From Gemmatimonadales bacterium (lineage in GTDB: Bacteria > Gemmatimonadota > Gemmatimonadetes > Gemmatimonadales > GWC2-71-9): 64,000 nt of DNA. The DNA lies in the NCBI GenBank assembly GCA_965249575.1, contig OZ252244.1:320001-384000 (forward strand), written 5' to 3'. The notes below the pieces were generated by a model that saw only the letters and a program-made list of their open reading frames with translations, was not told the DNA's origin and did not search any database. A program made the position numbers and the translations under genes. Shown here piece after piece: positions 9,897 through 19,257 of this stretch (position 1 is the stretch's first letter; each line of letters starts with the position of its first letter).

Positions 9897-11252
9897 TCAC
9901 GGACGGCGAGCTTCGATGCGCAGTGCGCTCTCGCCGGGCTCCGGCATCTCGTCGGCGGCGCGACAAACGCCTGGAATCCAGACGACGCGCTCGCCCCGCA
10001 CCACGAGTGGATACGTGCGCCGCTCGCTGCGTGGCACTCGCGCCTCCATTAGTACCCGGCTAACCCGCCGATGCCCCACTCCTCCGAGCGGAAACAACCG
10101 CTCCCCGGGCCGCATCGCTCGAATCTCGCCGGCCCCTCGAGAGACCCAGGTCACGGCCGCCGATCGCTCGGCAGCACCCGCAGTCTCCGGCCGCCACGAG
10201 AAGATCCAATCCTGCCATCGGGCCAAACCGGTTTCCCCCCCGCCCCACGCAACCGTCGGCGGTTCAGTAACCGTGGATGCAGGTCGAATGCGCAGCCGGT
10301 CAAACACGATCTCCGCCACCCAGCCATCCCGAAGCTCGAGCACGCGGCCGCTCGCGGACTCGACGGCGAACAACCGAAGCCGCTCGGCTGCCGGCCCACC
10401 CAGCCGGCACCCAACCTCGCGGGCAAGAGCACGCAAAATGGCCCCTGACAACACCTTATCATACGTTACCAGCGAGTCCCGAGCAACCTCGACAGCCCCG
10501 TTGACGCGCTGAAACCGGAGGCCGGGGAGCTGGCGCAGCACCCCCCGCCACGCCGCGCGATCGGCACCCGCCTCCTCGCCAACCAAGATCAGATTCCGGT
10601 CCACAGAGGCCACCCGCTCGCGGAGGAGGGGGAGCACGCGATGACGCAGCCAAGCGCGATCGTGACGGAGGTCGGAGTTCGACGGATCCTCATGGATCCC
10701 GACGGCGTCTCCTCCATCGGGAAAACGAAACCGCAACCATTCCTTCAACTCGTCGCGAGTGTACGGCAGCAGGGGGCGCACCAATCCGTCCGGCCCGGCC
10801 GAAAGAATGCCAGCCAGCCCTGCCGTACCGGTGCCACGAAGGACACGATACAGGATGGTCTCCGCCTGATCGTCCGCGTGGTGGGCGGTCACGAGGTACC
10901 GGGCGGCAAGCTGGGCCTGCATGGCCCGGAGCGCCCGATATCTGCCGGTCCGCGCCCGGGTCTCGGACGTGGCCGGTCCGAGACCGAGGGTCTCCTGGTA
11001 GGCCCCGACTCCGCACCGGCCCGCGAATTCTGCCACTCGCTTCGCGATCCCATGGCTGTCGGGAGCAATTCCGTGGTCGACGTGCGCCACCGCAATCTCG
11101 AGCCCGAGCTTCGGGGCTACCACGCCCATGAGATCCAGCAAGGCGAGCGAATCGGGCCCGCTACTGACGGCGAGAAGCGCCAGACCTGACTCACGAAACA
11201 GGCCGCGTTCCCGGACGTGAAGCAGGAGGCGCTGGTCGAGATCACTCATCAT
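9897..11252 (-). CDS. tilS: tRNA(Ile)-lysidine synthetase
   Basis: PP-loop AVSSGPDS, VDHG, AHHADDQAET, RPLL, DPSN. Start taken at ATG 11252. Confidence 0.93.
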   Translation of the reverse strand: MMSDLDQRLLLHVRERGLFRESGLALLAVSSGPDSLALLDLMGVVAPKLGLEIAVAHVDHGIAPDSHGIAKRVAEFAGRCGVGAYQETLGLGPATSETRARTGRYRALRAMQAQLAARYLVTAHHADDQAETILYRVLRGTGTAGLAGILSAGPDGLVRPLLPYTRDELKEWLRFRFPDGGDAVGIHEDPSNSDLRHDRAWLRHRVLPLLRERVASVDRNLILVGEEAGADRAAWRGVLRQLPGLRFQRVNGAVEVARDSLVTYDKVLSGAILRALAREVGCRLGGPAAERLRLFAVESASGRVLELRDGWVAEIVFDRLRIRPASTVTEPPTVAWGGGETGLARWQDWIFSWRPETAGAAERSAAVTWVSRGAGEIRAMRPGERLFPLGGVGHRRVSRVLMEARVPRSERRTYPLVVRGERVVWIPGVCRAADEMPEPGESALRIEARRP

Positions 11253-11373
11253 GTGTTGAAAGATACGCAAACCCGCCGGTGGGATCACGGCACGGGTGTG
11301 GCGGTGGACTCGGCCAGCGTCCGATGGAACTGACCGGCCGGACCCTTTGCCCCAGGCTGTGCGGAGGGTCTCC

Positions 11374-11844
11374 TTAGGTCGGCCCAGCCCTGTCGGCGGC
11401 GCGCTTGCGCGCCTCCGCTAAGAACCCGGGCGCGAGCTCGAGTAGCTGCGAGATCTTGCGCATCAGGTACGTCTCGTGTTTCGCCACGACACCGTCGGCG
11501 TGGACCAACCCCCACATGACTTCGGCGAGGACCATCTTCTGGCTGGCGTCGTAGCTCCGAGCTATGAGCGACGTGAACTGAAACAGATCGACGCCATCGC
11601 GCCGCTCGCGCTCCGCGAGCACGATGAGCTCCCGTGCCGCGTCGCCTCGCACGGCGAATTGCCGTTCGAGGACTCCCTCGATGTGCTCCCGCTCGGCGTC
11701 CGTGAATTCCTTGTCAGCGTGGGCCAGCTCGAGGAGCAGCGCACAGGCGGCCACCCGCATGCGCTGGGACTCGTCCGGAGCCTGGGTCTCCACCGGCTCC
11801 GGCTCCATTTCGCTTCGAAAGAAGGCCTTGATGGCCTCCAGCAT
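11374..11844 (-). CDS. TerB family protein
   Basis: Motifs ACALLLELAHAD, DLFQFTSLI, MWGLVHADG...HE...LL. Confidence 0.85.
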   Translation of the reverse strand: MLEAIKAFFRSEMEPEPVETQAPDESQRMRVAACALLLELAHADKEFTDAEREHIEGVLERQFAVRGDAARELIVLAERERRDGVDLFQFTSLIARSYDASQKMVLAEVMWGLVHADGVVAKHETYLMRKISQLLELAPGFLAEARKRAADRAGPT

Positions 11845-11895
11845 CGGCGCTCCTGGGGCGTTACGGTTCGGAATGTGCGGGCGGGTTACCAATAC

Positions 11896-12447
11896 TCAGG
11901 GCGTTCCCTCGTTGTACACAGCGGGGATGGGATTGCCGGGCCCCTCCGCCTGCCAGAAGATATTGATGATCCACCAGCGCGCGCCGTCCTTGAGGAGTTG
12001 AAAGCTATTGATTCCCCGTGCGAACGGCTCGGGATCGTTGGGCGCGGATCGGGATTCATACGTGCTGAACGAGTGCGCGATGTTCCCGAACCGCTCCGTC
12101 CGTCGGGCGACTTCGACCTCGTAAAATGGCGAGTCTGCAAAGAACCGCTCCGCGCCCTCGATCCAGCCGTCCAGGGTAGTAATACGCGCAACGGCTCCGC
12201 TTCCATCCGGCCGGGGACCCGCGGGAATCAGTCGAGCGCCCGGGTAGAACAACGATCGCATGCGATCCCAGTCGCGCTGAGCACCGCGGGGCCCCGAGAT
12301 CACGTCGTACACGGCCGTCAGGATCGCACCCACCGACTCGACGTCTGCCGGGTTGGCCGCCGGCACCCCGGCCGGCTCCTGCGCGAGCATCGGCGGGCCG
12401 GTCAGCGCCGCGGCCAGCATCCACGCACTACATGACCTTCCCCTCAT
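11896..12447 (-). CDS. Secreted hypothetical protein, probable NTF2/SnoaL-like fold
   Basis: Signal peptide, then YDVISGP..RDW.R...LF, FGNIAH.FSTYE, RGINSFQL, WWI...W. RBS GGAGGG upstream. Confidence 0.75.
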   Translation of the reverse strand: MRGRSCSAWMLAAALTGPPMLAQEPAGVPAANPADVESVGAILTAVYDVISGPRGAQRDWDRMRSLFYPGARLIPAGPRPDGSGAVARITTLDGWIEGAERFFADSPFYEVEVARRTERFGNIAHSFSTYESRSAPNDPEPFARGINSFQLLKDGARWWIINIFWQAEGPGNPIPAVYNEGTP

Positions 12448-12544
12448 CTTATTCCCTCCCCACTCCCACCAACTCGATTGACGCCGAGGCGCGGAAGTCG
12501 GCGTGTGTGTACGGGATCGGACCGAAAAGCCCCAGTGCAGGACT

Positions 12545-12946
12545 TCACGGAGTCATGTATCGAACGTGCCCGCTGTCCGTCAACATGACCATGCTCGGGG
12601 TACCGTCGGTCGGAACCCCCATGACGGCTCGCACGTTCCCACCCTGGTCCCCGAAGACCAGAGCGGGGACCCCCTCTGGTGTCACCTGTAGCGCTGCGCG
12701 CAGGGTCCCGTTCCCATCGGTGAGCAGGAGCCCGGGCGCCCCACTTTCCGACGTGCCCAAGGACCCTCTGACCTGTCCTCCCGACTCCAAAATGAACGTC
12801 TCGGCCGTCACAGTCTGACGCGTCAAACGCGGGACGATCGCGAGTACGATCACCAGTGCCAGCACCCCCAGAAACTGGGCCGTGCGTCGTTTTTCGGCAC
12901 GCTCGAGCCGCTGCACCCGCTCGGCTAACCCCTGTGACTCCGGCAT
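12545..12946 (-). CDS. Hypothetical membrane-anchored protein with 23-aa beta repeats
   Basis: Strong RBS GAGGAGG; short coiled coil, one TM segment, then repeats of G.P.L...D..G..R. Confidence 0.7.
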   Translation of the reverse strand: MPESQGLAERVQRLERAEKRRTAQFLGVLALVIVLAIVPRLTRQTVTAETFILESGGQVRGSLGTSESGAPGLLLTDGNGTLRAALQVTPEGVPALVFGDQGGNVRAVMGVPTDGTPSMVMLTDSGHVRYMTP

Positions 12947-13028
12947 ATGGCAGCTACCTCCTCATATCTGCTTGTTTCGGTCCGGTGCGCCGGGACCGAT
13001 TGGCAACCTCCGCCGACACGAGTCGGCA

Positions 13029-14468
13029 TCACCTGGCGCGCGGCGGGCCGTGATCCCAATCCTGAGCACTCGAGATATTCGGCAGATTCCAGTCCCGACC
13101 GTCCCAACCGTCAAATCCGTTTAACCGAAACGCCCAGAAGCCGGTGTTGAGATCGGACACGACGATCAATCCATCGGCATTGCGGACATCCAACTCCATG
13201 GCACCGCTGAACACGCTGTTTCCGTAGAGCTGCTTTCCGCCGCTAAATCCGGTCTGGTGAGGGCATTCGCAGGTGTAGTACCAGCCCACCGTTTTCGGGT
13301 CGCTGGGGGTTTGTGCGTCGATGATCTGCAAACCGTCCTCGTACGCCGCCGCAAAAATGTAGGGCCACCGCACCTCGTGATTGTGGGAAAGGTCCCGCCA
13401 ATCAGCGATCCACGCCCCCACCGGGCGCCTGATGGTCGGGACTTCGCCCCGAAGGCCGGGTCCGAGGTCGAAGATCATGAGCGGCGAGAATTGATACTCC
13501 ATCTGCGTCACAGCATACCGCGCGTCCGGGGACGCAATGATCGTGTGACCCCGAATCACCCCGCCGAGGTTGGTGATGGACGTGAGGAGCTCGGGCTCTT
13601 CCGGTCGCGTCACGTCATAGACGTAGAACCCGCCGGTGCCGCCACCGTAGAATTTGTCCTGCCCGGTCGCTGGGTCGAAGGCGACGTATACGTCATGATA
13701 TGCCGACGTCGTGTTCTTCAGTGGGGTATCGGGATTGGGCACTTTGGCTATCAGGCCCAGGTCCGAATCGCCGGCAATGAACTTCTCCATGTCGTAGATC
13801 TTCGCGTGGGCCTGATCGCCGGAAAAGACGTTCCGCTGCGCTCCGAACAGGAGCGTGCGACTATCGGAGTGCTTGTACACGAAGAGGCTAATGAACCCGT
13901 CGGGAATGTCCGGCGCCCGGAGACGGCCGATCTCTCGCACTTGCGACGCACCCGGGAGCCCCGTCACGTCGAAGATGATCGCCCCCTCGTCGGATCCGAG
14001 CGTGCCGCGGGCAAACACCGTCGACTTGGCGTAGTAGTACCGGCTTCCGATCTTGAAGTACTTACCCGTCTCGCCGCGCCCAATCACCCGAAGCTCAGGC
14101 TCTTCGATCGTCCAGGTGTAGATGACCTCCGGCTGCCGAGGATCGGCCACATCGATCACGATGAACCCAGATTTGTCGCGCCAGCGCGGGATGTACACGT
14201 ACGGCCGCGACATTTCCTGCTCGATATCGATTCCCGCCGTGTAGAAATACCCGTCTAGCGGCAGGTTGGAGAGTCGTTCGACGTTGGGGCTCCCGCCCAG
14301 CTTGATGGTGGCGGTCTGTGCCGTTGCAGCACCCATCGGACTCCCCAGGGCCACCACGCAGGCCACAACACCCCACCGCCACACCAATTGGAGCGCGATC
14401 ATGCCGCCGCCGCGGGACGAGCCCAGTCCGACAAGTTGCGCGTGCACCGTCGACAGTTGTCGTCTCAC
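13029..14468 (-). CDS. Secreted LVIVD-like beta-propeller protein, paralog 1
   Basis: Signal peptide; family motifs IEQEMSRPYVY, YKHSD, YHDVYVAFDP, HNHEVRWPY, DVRNADGLIV, W..PNISSAQDWD.GP. GTG start overlaps the paralog 2 stop (alternative ATG at 14402). Confidence 0.85.
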   Translation of the reverse strand: MRRQLSTVHAQLVGLGSSRGGGMIALQLVWRWGVVACVVALGSPMGAATAQTATIKLGGSPNVERLSNLPLDGYFYTAGIDIEQEMSRPYVYIPRWRDKSGFIVIDVADPRQPEVIYTWTIEEPELRVIGRGETGKYFKIGSRYYYAKSTVFARGTLGSDEGAIIFDVTGLPGASQVREIGRLRAPDIPDGFISLFVYKHSDSRTLLFGAQRNVFSGDQAHAKIYDMEKFIAGDSDLGLIAKVPNPDTPLKNTTSAYHDVYVAFDPATGQDKFYGGGTGGFYVYDVTRPEEPELLTSITNLGGVIRGHTIIASPDARYAVTQMEYQFSPLMIFDLGPGLRGEVPTIRRPVGAWIADWRDLSHNHEVRWPYIFAAAYEDGLQIIDAQTPSDPKTVGWYYTCECPHQTGFSGGKQLYGNSVFSGAMELDVRNADGLIVVSDLNTGFWAFRLNGFDGWDGRDWNLPNISSAQDWDHGPPRAR

Positions 14469-15928
14469 CTGCTCCCCCCCTTCGTCGCGTTCTTCAGAGC
14501 TCGTTGGCTCAGGCGCTGGCCCGTCGCAGCCTCATTCGGTCCAGCATCCCAGTCCTGCGCACTTGAGACGTTTGGCACGCCCCAGTCCTGTCCGTTCCAA
14601 CCGTCAAAGCCGTCCAACTCGATCGCCCACAGTCCGGTCACCATGTCACCGACAACAATCAGTCCGTCTGCGTTCCGAATATCGACGCCCCAGGCTCCAG
14701 AGAGCACGCCGCCGCTCCCCTCCGGCCCAATGGTAGGCTCGTACTGGCCCGCAGCACCGATGCCGGCGCGATGAGGTCCATCGTACGTGTCGTAGTAACC
14801 CACCGTATAGGGATTGGATGGATCCATGATGTTGAAGATCTGCAAGCCATCTTCGTACGCGGACACGAACACATACGGCCAGCGGATCTCGTGATTGTGC
14901 GGCAGGCCCTTCCAGCGAGCGGTCCATGCCCCAATGGGCCGGGTCACGCTCTCGACTTCGCCGTCGAGACCCGGCTTGAGATCGAATATTCTGAGCGGTG
15001 CGTACTGATACTCCGTTTCGGTCACCAGGTAGCGGCCGTCGGGCGTGGGGGTGGCGGTGTGGCCCCGTCCAAACGCCGACTGAATCGCTGGATAACCCAC
15101 CGTGACCGAAGTGATCAGGCTGGGTTCTTCGGGGCGTGTAACGTCGATGATGAAGTATCCGCCCGGCTGGGCCCCACCGTAGAACTTGTCCTGCCGTGCG
15201 GCGGGATCGTATGCGACATAGAAGTCATGATAGCGACCCGTTGCCCCTGGGACGCCAACCCGTCCAACGGCGCCGAGGTCGGCGGCGCCACTCACCAGCC
15301 GCTCCATGTCGTGGATGTTGGCGTAGGTACCACTCAGCGTGGTGGTGAACAGGAGCGCCCGCCCGTCGGAGTGCTTGTAGGCGAAAACGTTGTGGAAACC
15401 TCCCGGCATCGCCCCAATGGCCGATCGGGGCGCCCGGATCCGCGCGACTTCCCGGACCGCCATCGGATCGGGCAGGCCGGTCACGTCGAACACGATCGCG
15501 CCCAAGTCGGCGTCGGGACCGCCCTGGAGAAACTGAAAAGCCTGAACGTAGTAATACCGTCCGCTGACCTTGGCGTATTTGCCGTCGACTCCCCCGTAAC
15601 CCACGTGCAGCTCCGGTTCATCGATCCGCCACCTGTATATGACCTCGGGCCGCTCGATGTCCGACAGATCGATGGCCGCGAACCCGGCCTGTTTGGTCGC
15701 CCCATGCATCCGGGACACGTATGCGAACGGACGTGAGCGCTCCTGCTCGATCTCAACGTCGGCCACGGTGAAGGCATGACCCAGGGGCACGTGCGCCGCC
15801 ACCCGCACATTGGAACTGCCCTGCCGGCCTGGCGGCGCTTGTCCACCCGCCGGACCGACGGCAGTTACGACCAACAGAACCCCGATCGCTGGTGCGAAGC
15901 CAGCATCTGGGCACCGTATGGGCTTCAT
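14465..15928 (-). CDS. Secreted LVIVD-like beta-propeller protein, paralog 2
   Basis: Same family motifs (FHNVFAYKHSDGR, YHDFY, GHT, HNHEIRWPY). ATG at 15928 with GGAG RBS. Confidence 0.85.
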   Translation of the reverse strand: MKPIRCPDAGFAPAIGVLLVVTAVGPAGGQAPPGRQGSSNVRVAAHVPLGHAFTVADVEIEQERSRPFAYVSRMHGATKQAGFAAIDLSDIERPEVIYRWRIDEPELHVGYGGVDGKYAKVSGRYYYVQAFQFLQGGPDADLGAIVFDVTGLPDPMAVREVARIRAPRSAIGAMPGGFHNVFAYKHSDGRALLFTTTLSGTYANIHDMERLVSGAADLGAVGRVGVPGATGRYHDFYVAYDPAARQDKFYGGAQPGGYFIIDVTRPEEPSLITSVTVGYPAIQSAFGRGHTATPTPDGRYLVTETEYQYAPLRIFDLKPGLDGEVESVTRPIGAWTARWKGLPHNHEIRWPYVFVSAYEDGLQIFNIMDPSNPYTVGYYDTYDGPHRAGIGAAGQYEPTIGPEGSGGVLSGAWGVDIRNADGLIVVGDMVTGLWAIELDGFDGWNGQDWGVPNVSSAQDWDAGPNEAATGQRLSQRALKNATKGGSR

Positions 15929-16006
15929 GTGCGGACTCCGGGCTGTGGGAGGTGTGCGGTGCGTCGTGGGTCGTGAGTCAGTGAACGACTCCCCACGCAC
16001 GACTCG

Positions 16007-17419
16007 CTACTCACTGGGTCTCATGCTCACCCTCGCCGGCGCCGGCGCCCCGTCGGGACCGTTGTCCCAATCCTGAACGCTCGAGACGTTCGGCATGCCC
16101 CACTGGTGGCCATTCCAGCCATCGAAGCCGTCCATCTTGAATGCCCAGAACCCCGTGGTGAAGTCACTCGCTACGATGACCCCATCGGCGTTTCGGACGT
16201 CCACTCCCCACGCTCCGTTGAACGTAGTCTCCGGCTTGGACAATTCGCCATCGGGCCCGTCCCACGTGTCATAAAAGCCCACGGTATACGGATCGGTCGG
16301 ATCCATCATGTTGAACACCTGCAACCCGTCGTCTAGAGCGGCCACGAACACGTACGGCCAGCGCACCTCGTGGTTGTGTGAGAAGTTCTTCCAGTTCGCG
16401 GTCCACGCGCCGATGGGACGCGAAATATTCTGCACTTCACCGTCGAGTCCCGGCTTGAGATCGAAGATGCGCAGCGGAGCCAGCCGATACTCCACCTCCG
16501 CCACGGCGTAACGCCCATCCGGACTCGGCGTGAACGTGTGGCCAAAGCTGATCCCGGCGATGCCGGTCAGTGACGTGAGCAACCTGGGCGCATCCAAGTT
16601 GGAGATGTCGTATACGTAATAGCCGCCCGCTCCGCCGCCGTAGAATCGATCTTGCCGCGTTGCCGGGTCGTATCCCACGTAGAAATCGTGGTATCCGCGG
16701 CCGCTCGGGTTTTCCGGAATCGGGACGCGGCCGACCAGCCCCTGTTGGGCTCCCCCACTCACCACCCGCTCCACGTCGTAGACGTTCGCGTGGGGAGCAG
16801 AGACAGTCGCCAGGAGGAGCGCCCGCCCATCCGAATGCTTATAGGCAAAGATGTTGTGGAACCCCCCTGGGGTCTCGGGCGCCCGGATGCGGGCGACTTC
16901 CTTGACCGTGGTCGGATCCGGGAGTCCAGTCACGTCGAATACGATCGCCCCGAGATCGTTGTCCGGGCCGCCGCTGCGGAACTGGAACGACTGAATGTCG
17001 TAGTAGCGGCCTCGGATCTTGACGTACTTGTTGTCCAGCGCCCCGGGCCCCTGATGAAGCATCGGGTTCTCGACGGTCCACTCGTAGAGGACCTCCGCTT
17101 TTGTTGGCTCTTTGATCGTGATGATGTGAAAGCCGGAGGGGGCAAACCGGTGAGCCAGGTACACGTAGGGCCGCGACAACTCCTGTTCCATCTCGATATC
17201 CGACGTCCTCCGACCGAGACCCATGATGTCGCCACTCTGGTATTCGGAGCCGGCAACGGGCCGGGCACCACCCAGGGGAACATGCGAGAGAATCGTCATG
17301 TTCCGGCTCCCCTGCTCGCCGGGCGCGTGCTGTGCGGCAAGTGGGCCGCCGGCCAAGTGGAGTACGAGCAGCATCAGGACGCTGCACCCCACCCAAACAC
17401 CAGTTCGCTGGTACGTCAT
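16007..17419 (-). CDS. Secreted LVIVD-like beta-propeller protein, paralog 3
   Basis: Same family motifs; signal peptide ending LAA-Q; ATG at 17419 with GGGAG RBS. Confidence 0.85.
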   Translation of the reverse strand: MTYQRTGVWVGCSVLMLLVLHLAGGPLAAQHAPGEQGSRNMTILSHVPLGGARPVAGSEYQSGDIMGLGRRTSDIEMEQELSRPYVYLAHRFAPSGFHIITIKEPTKAEVLYEWTVENPMLHQGPGALDNKYVKIRGRYYDIQSFQFRSGGPDNDLGAIVFDVTGLPDPTTVKEVARIRAPETPGGFHNIFAYKHSDGRALLLATVSAPHANVYDVERVVSGGAQQGLVGRVPIPENPSGRGYHDFYVGYDPATRQDRFYGGGAGGYYVYDISNLDAPRLLTSLTGIAGISFGHTFTPSPDGRYAVAEVEYRLAPLRIFDLKPGLDGEVQNISRPIGAWTANWKNFSHNHEVRWPYVFVAALDDGLQVFNMMDPTDPYTVGFYDTWDGPDGELSKPETTFNGAWGVDVRNADGVIVASDFTTGFWAFKMDGFDGWNGHQWGMPNVSSVQDWDNGPDGAPAPARVSMRPSE

Positions 17420-17699
17420 GGTTTGCCATCTCCCCAAAAGAATGTGGCTTTGCGTCCCCGCTGCAGCGGGTCCGCGTTCCAATGGTCCGACGTCGCTGCG
17501 CCAATATGCGGGCGCTCACGGCCCGCGGCAACACGAGCGAGAGGCCACCCATCCATAATCGCCAACCCGGCGAGGAGTCCCGATTCCGCTGCCCACCGCC
17601 AGGTGCGGTGTGAGGAGACGGCCGTGCGCACAGCGACATTCGGGACGTGGAACGAGGTGCCCTCCTCTTCGGGGGGGAGAATGCGAGGACGGCCCCGAC

Positions 17700-19046
17700 T
17701 CACCGTCTCGTGCTAACCCGTGCCGGTTTCGGGACCCCGTCCGGCCCGTTGTCCCAGTCTTGAGCCGACGAGACGTTCGGCATGCCCCACTGGTGGCCAT
17801 TCCAGCCATCAAATCCGTCCATGGTCAGTGCCCAAAAACCGGTCATCCCATCGGTCGCAACGATGAGGCCATCGGCGTTCCGAACGTCCACGCCCCAGTT
17901 TCCCTGATAGACGCCCCACGTGAAGTTGCCCCGGTCCCCCGGTCTCGCGTTGTGCGGACCGTCGAATGTGTCGAAGTAGCCCACCGTGTAGGGATTGGTC
18001 GGATCCATCATGTTGAACACATGGACACCGTCTTCGTACCCGGCCACGAACACATACGGCCAGCGAACTTCGTGGTTGTGCGCCAGGTTTTCCCAGTCAG
18101 CCGTCCACGCCCCGATAGGGCGTGAGACGTTCTTCCGCTCGCCTTCCAGCCCGGGCTTGAGATCGAAGATCCGGAGTGGTTGGTATTGATACTCCGTCTC
18201 ACCGATCGCATACCGCCCATCGGGCGTCGGCGTGAATGTGTGGCCCCAGTTCATCCCGGCGATCCCCGTGAGCGTGGTGAGGAGTACGGGCGCCTCGGGA
18301 GTGCTAACATCGAATACGTAATACCCGCCTCCACCCGCTCCGTAGAACTTGTCCTGCCTTGCCGCGGGATCGTAGCCCACGTAGAAATCGTGATAGCTCG
18401 TCGTGAGCGCGTTGGGCGTCTCGGGCACCGGGACGCCTGCGATCAGTCCGTACGTCGCATCTCCCGACAGAAACCTCCCCAGGTCGTACATCTTCGCCTG
18501 CCCGCCGGATGTAGCGAACAGAATGGCCCGGCTGTCGGAGTGCTTGTACGCGAAGATGTTGTGAAACCCTCCCGGAGCGTCGGGCGCCCGAATCCGTCCC
18601 GCCTCCCGAACTCGCGACGTGTCCGGCAGGCTCGTAACGTCAACAACGATCGCGCCAACGTCAGCATCCGGCCCGCTCCGACGGAATTGTGTTGACTGGA
18701 TGTAGTAGTATCGGCCACGAAGCTTGAAGTACTTGCCGTCGTAGCCTCCGCCTTGGTGGAGCTCCTGGTTTTCGATTCGCCACGAGTACGTGACCGTCGC
18801 CGCGGTCGGAGTAGCGAGGTCGATGACGTCGAACCCGATGGGGCTCGTGCGTCGGGAGACATAAGCGTACGGACGGGAAAGCTCCTGCTCGACCTCGACG
18901 TCCGCGACCGTGAACGCCGCCCCGAGTGGAAGATGGGCCTGGATGCGCAGGTTGGAACTGCCCTGATACCCCGGCGGATACTGGGAGAACGCAGGGCTCG
19001 CCAGCAGAACTGCGAGCGCGATCAAGAGCACGAAGCGCCGGTTCAT
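17700..19046 (-). CDS. Secreted LVIVD-like beta-propeller protein, paralog 4
   Basis: Signal peptide MNRRFVLLIALAVLLASPAFS-Q; same family motifs. Confidence 0.85.
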   Translation of the reverse strand: MNRRFVLLIALAVLLASPAFSQYPPGYQGSSNLRIQAHLPLGAAFTVADVEVEQELSRPYAYVSRRTSPIGFDVIDLATPTAATVTYSWRIENQELHQGGGYDGKYFKLRGRYYYIQSTQFRRSGPDADVGAIVVDVTSLPDTSRVREAGRIRAPDAPGGFHNIFAYKHSDSRAILFATSGGQAKMYDLGRFLSGDATYGLIAGVPVPETPNALTTSYHDFYVGYDPAARQDKFYGAGGGGYYVFDVSTPEAPVLLTTLTGIAGMNWGHTFTPTPDGRYAIGETEYQYQPLRIFDLKPGLEGERKNVSRPIGAWTADWENLAHNHEVRWPYVFVAGYEDGVHVFNMMDPTNPYTVGYFDTFDGPHNARPGDRGNFTWGVYQGNWGVDVRNADGLIVATDGMTGFWALTMDGFDGWNGHQWGMPNVSSAQDWDNGPDGVPKPARVSTRR

Positions 19047-19128
19047 TTGATCTCCCAAATCAAAAAAACGTGAGCCGTGAGCGGGCCGCACCGCGCATCG
19101 GGATCTCCTTCCGTTGGTCTAAGGAATT

Positions 19129-19176
19129 CGGGCGAGGAGCGGCGCCAAGAAACGCTCCGGCGCCGCTCCCTGCCCG
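19129..19176. terminator. GC-rich stem-loop between paralogs 5 and 4 (terminator or mRNA-stabilising hairpin)
   Basis: GGAGCGGCGCC (19136-19146) pairs perfectly with GGCGCCGCTCC (19159-19169), extended by CGGGC/GCCCG. No clear U-tract. Confidence 0.4.
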
Positions 19177-19257
19177 CTCGAGGATTGGAACCCGCCTTCC
19201 GGCGCGGTGTTCCGACGACGGACGGTAACTAGAGGTCAGTCGGCCGAAACGGTTGGA

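Noticed and set aside
11374..11844. Tellurite-resistance or anti-phage ter operon
   Set aside because: A lone TerB-family gene with no other ter genes.
14474..14480. Poly-G/C phase-variation tracts (also near 17671, 25182, 60615)
   Set aside because: Only 7-8 nt long, unremarkable at this GC content, and two of them coincide with ribosome-binding sites.
16082..17810. 42-bp exact repeat as a DGR template/variable repeat or a CRISPR repeat
   Set aside because: Both copies are in-frame coding sequence of a conserved W/M-rich motif. There is no reverse transcriptase, cas gene or spacer structure.
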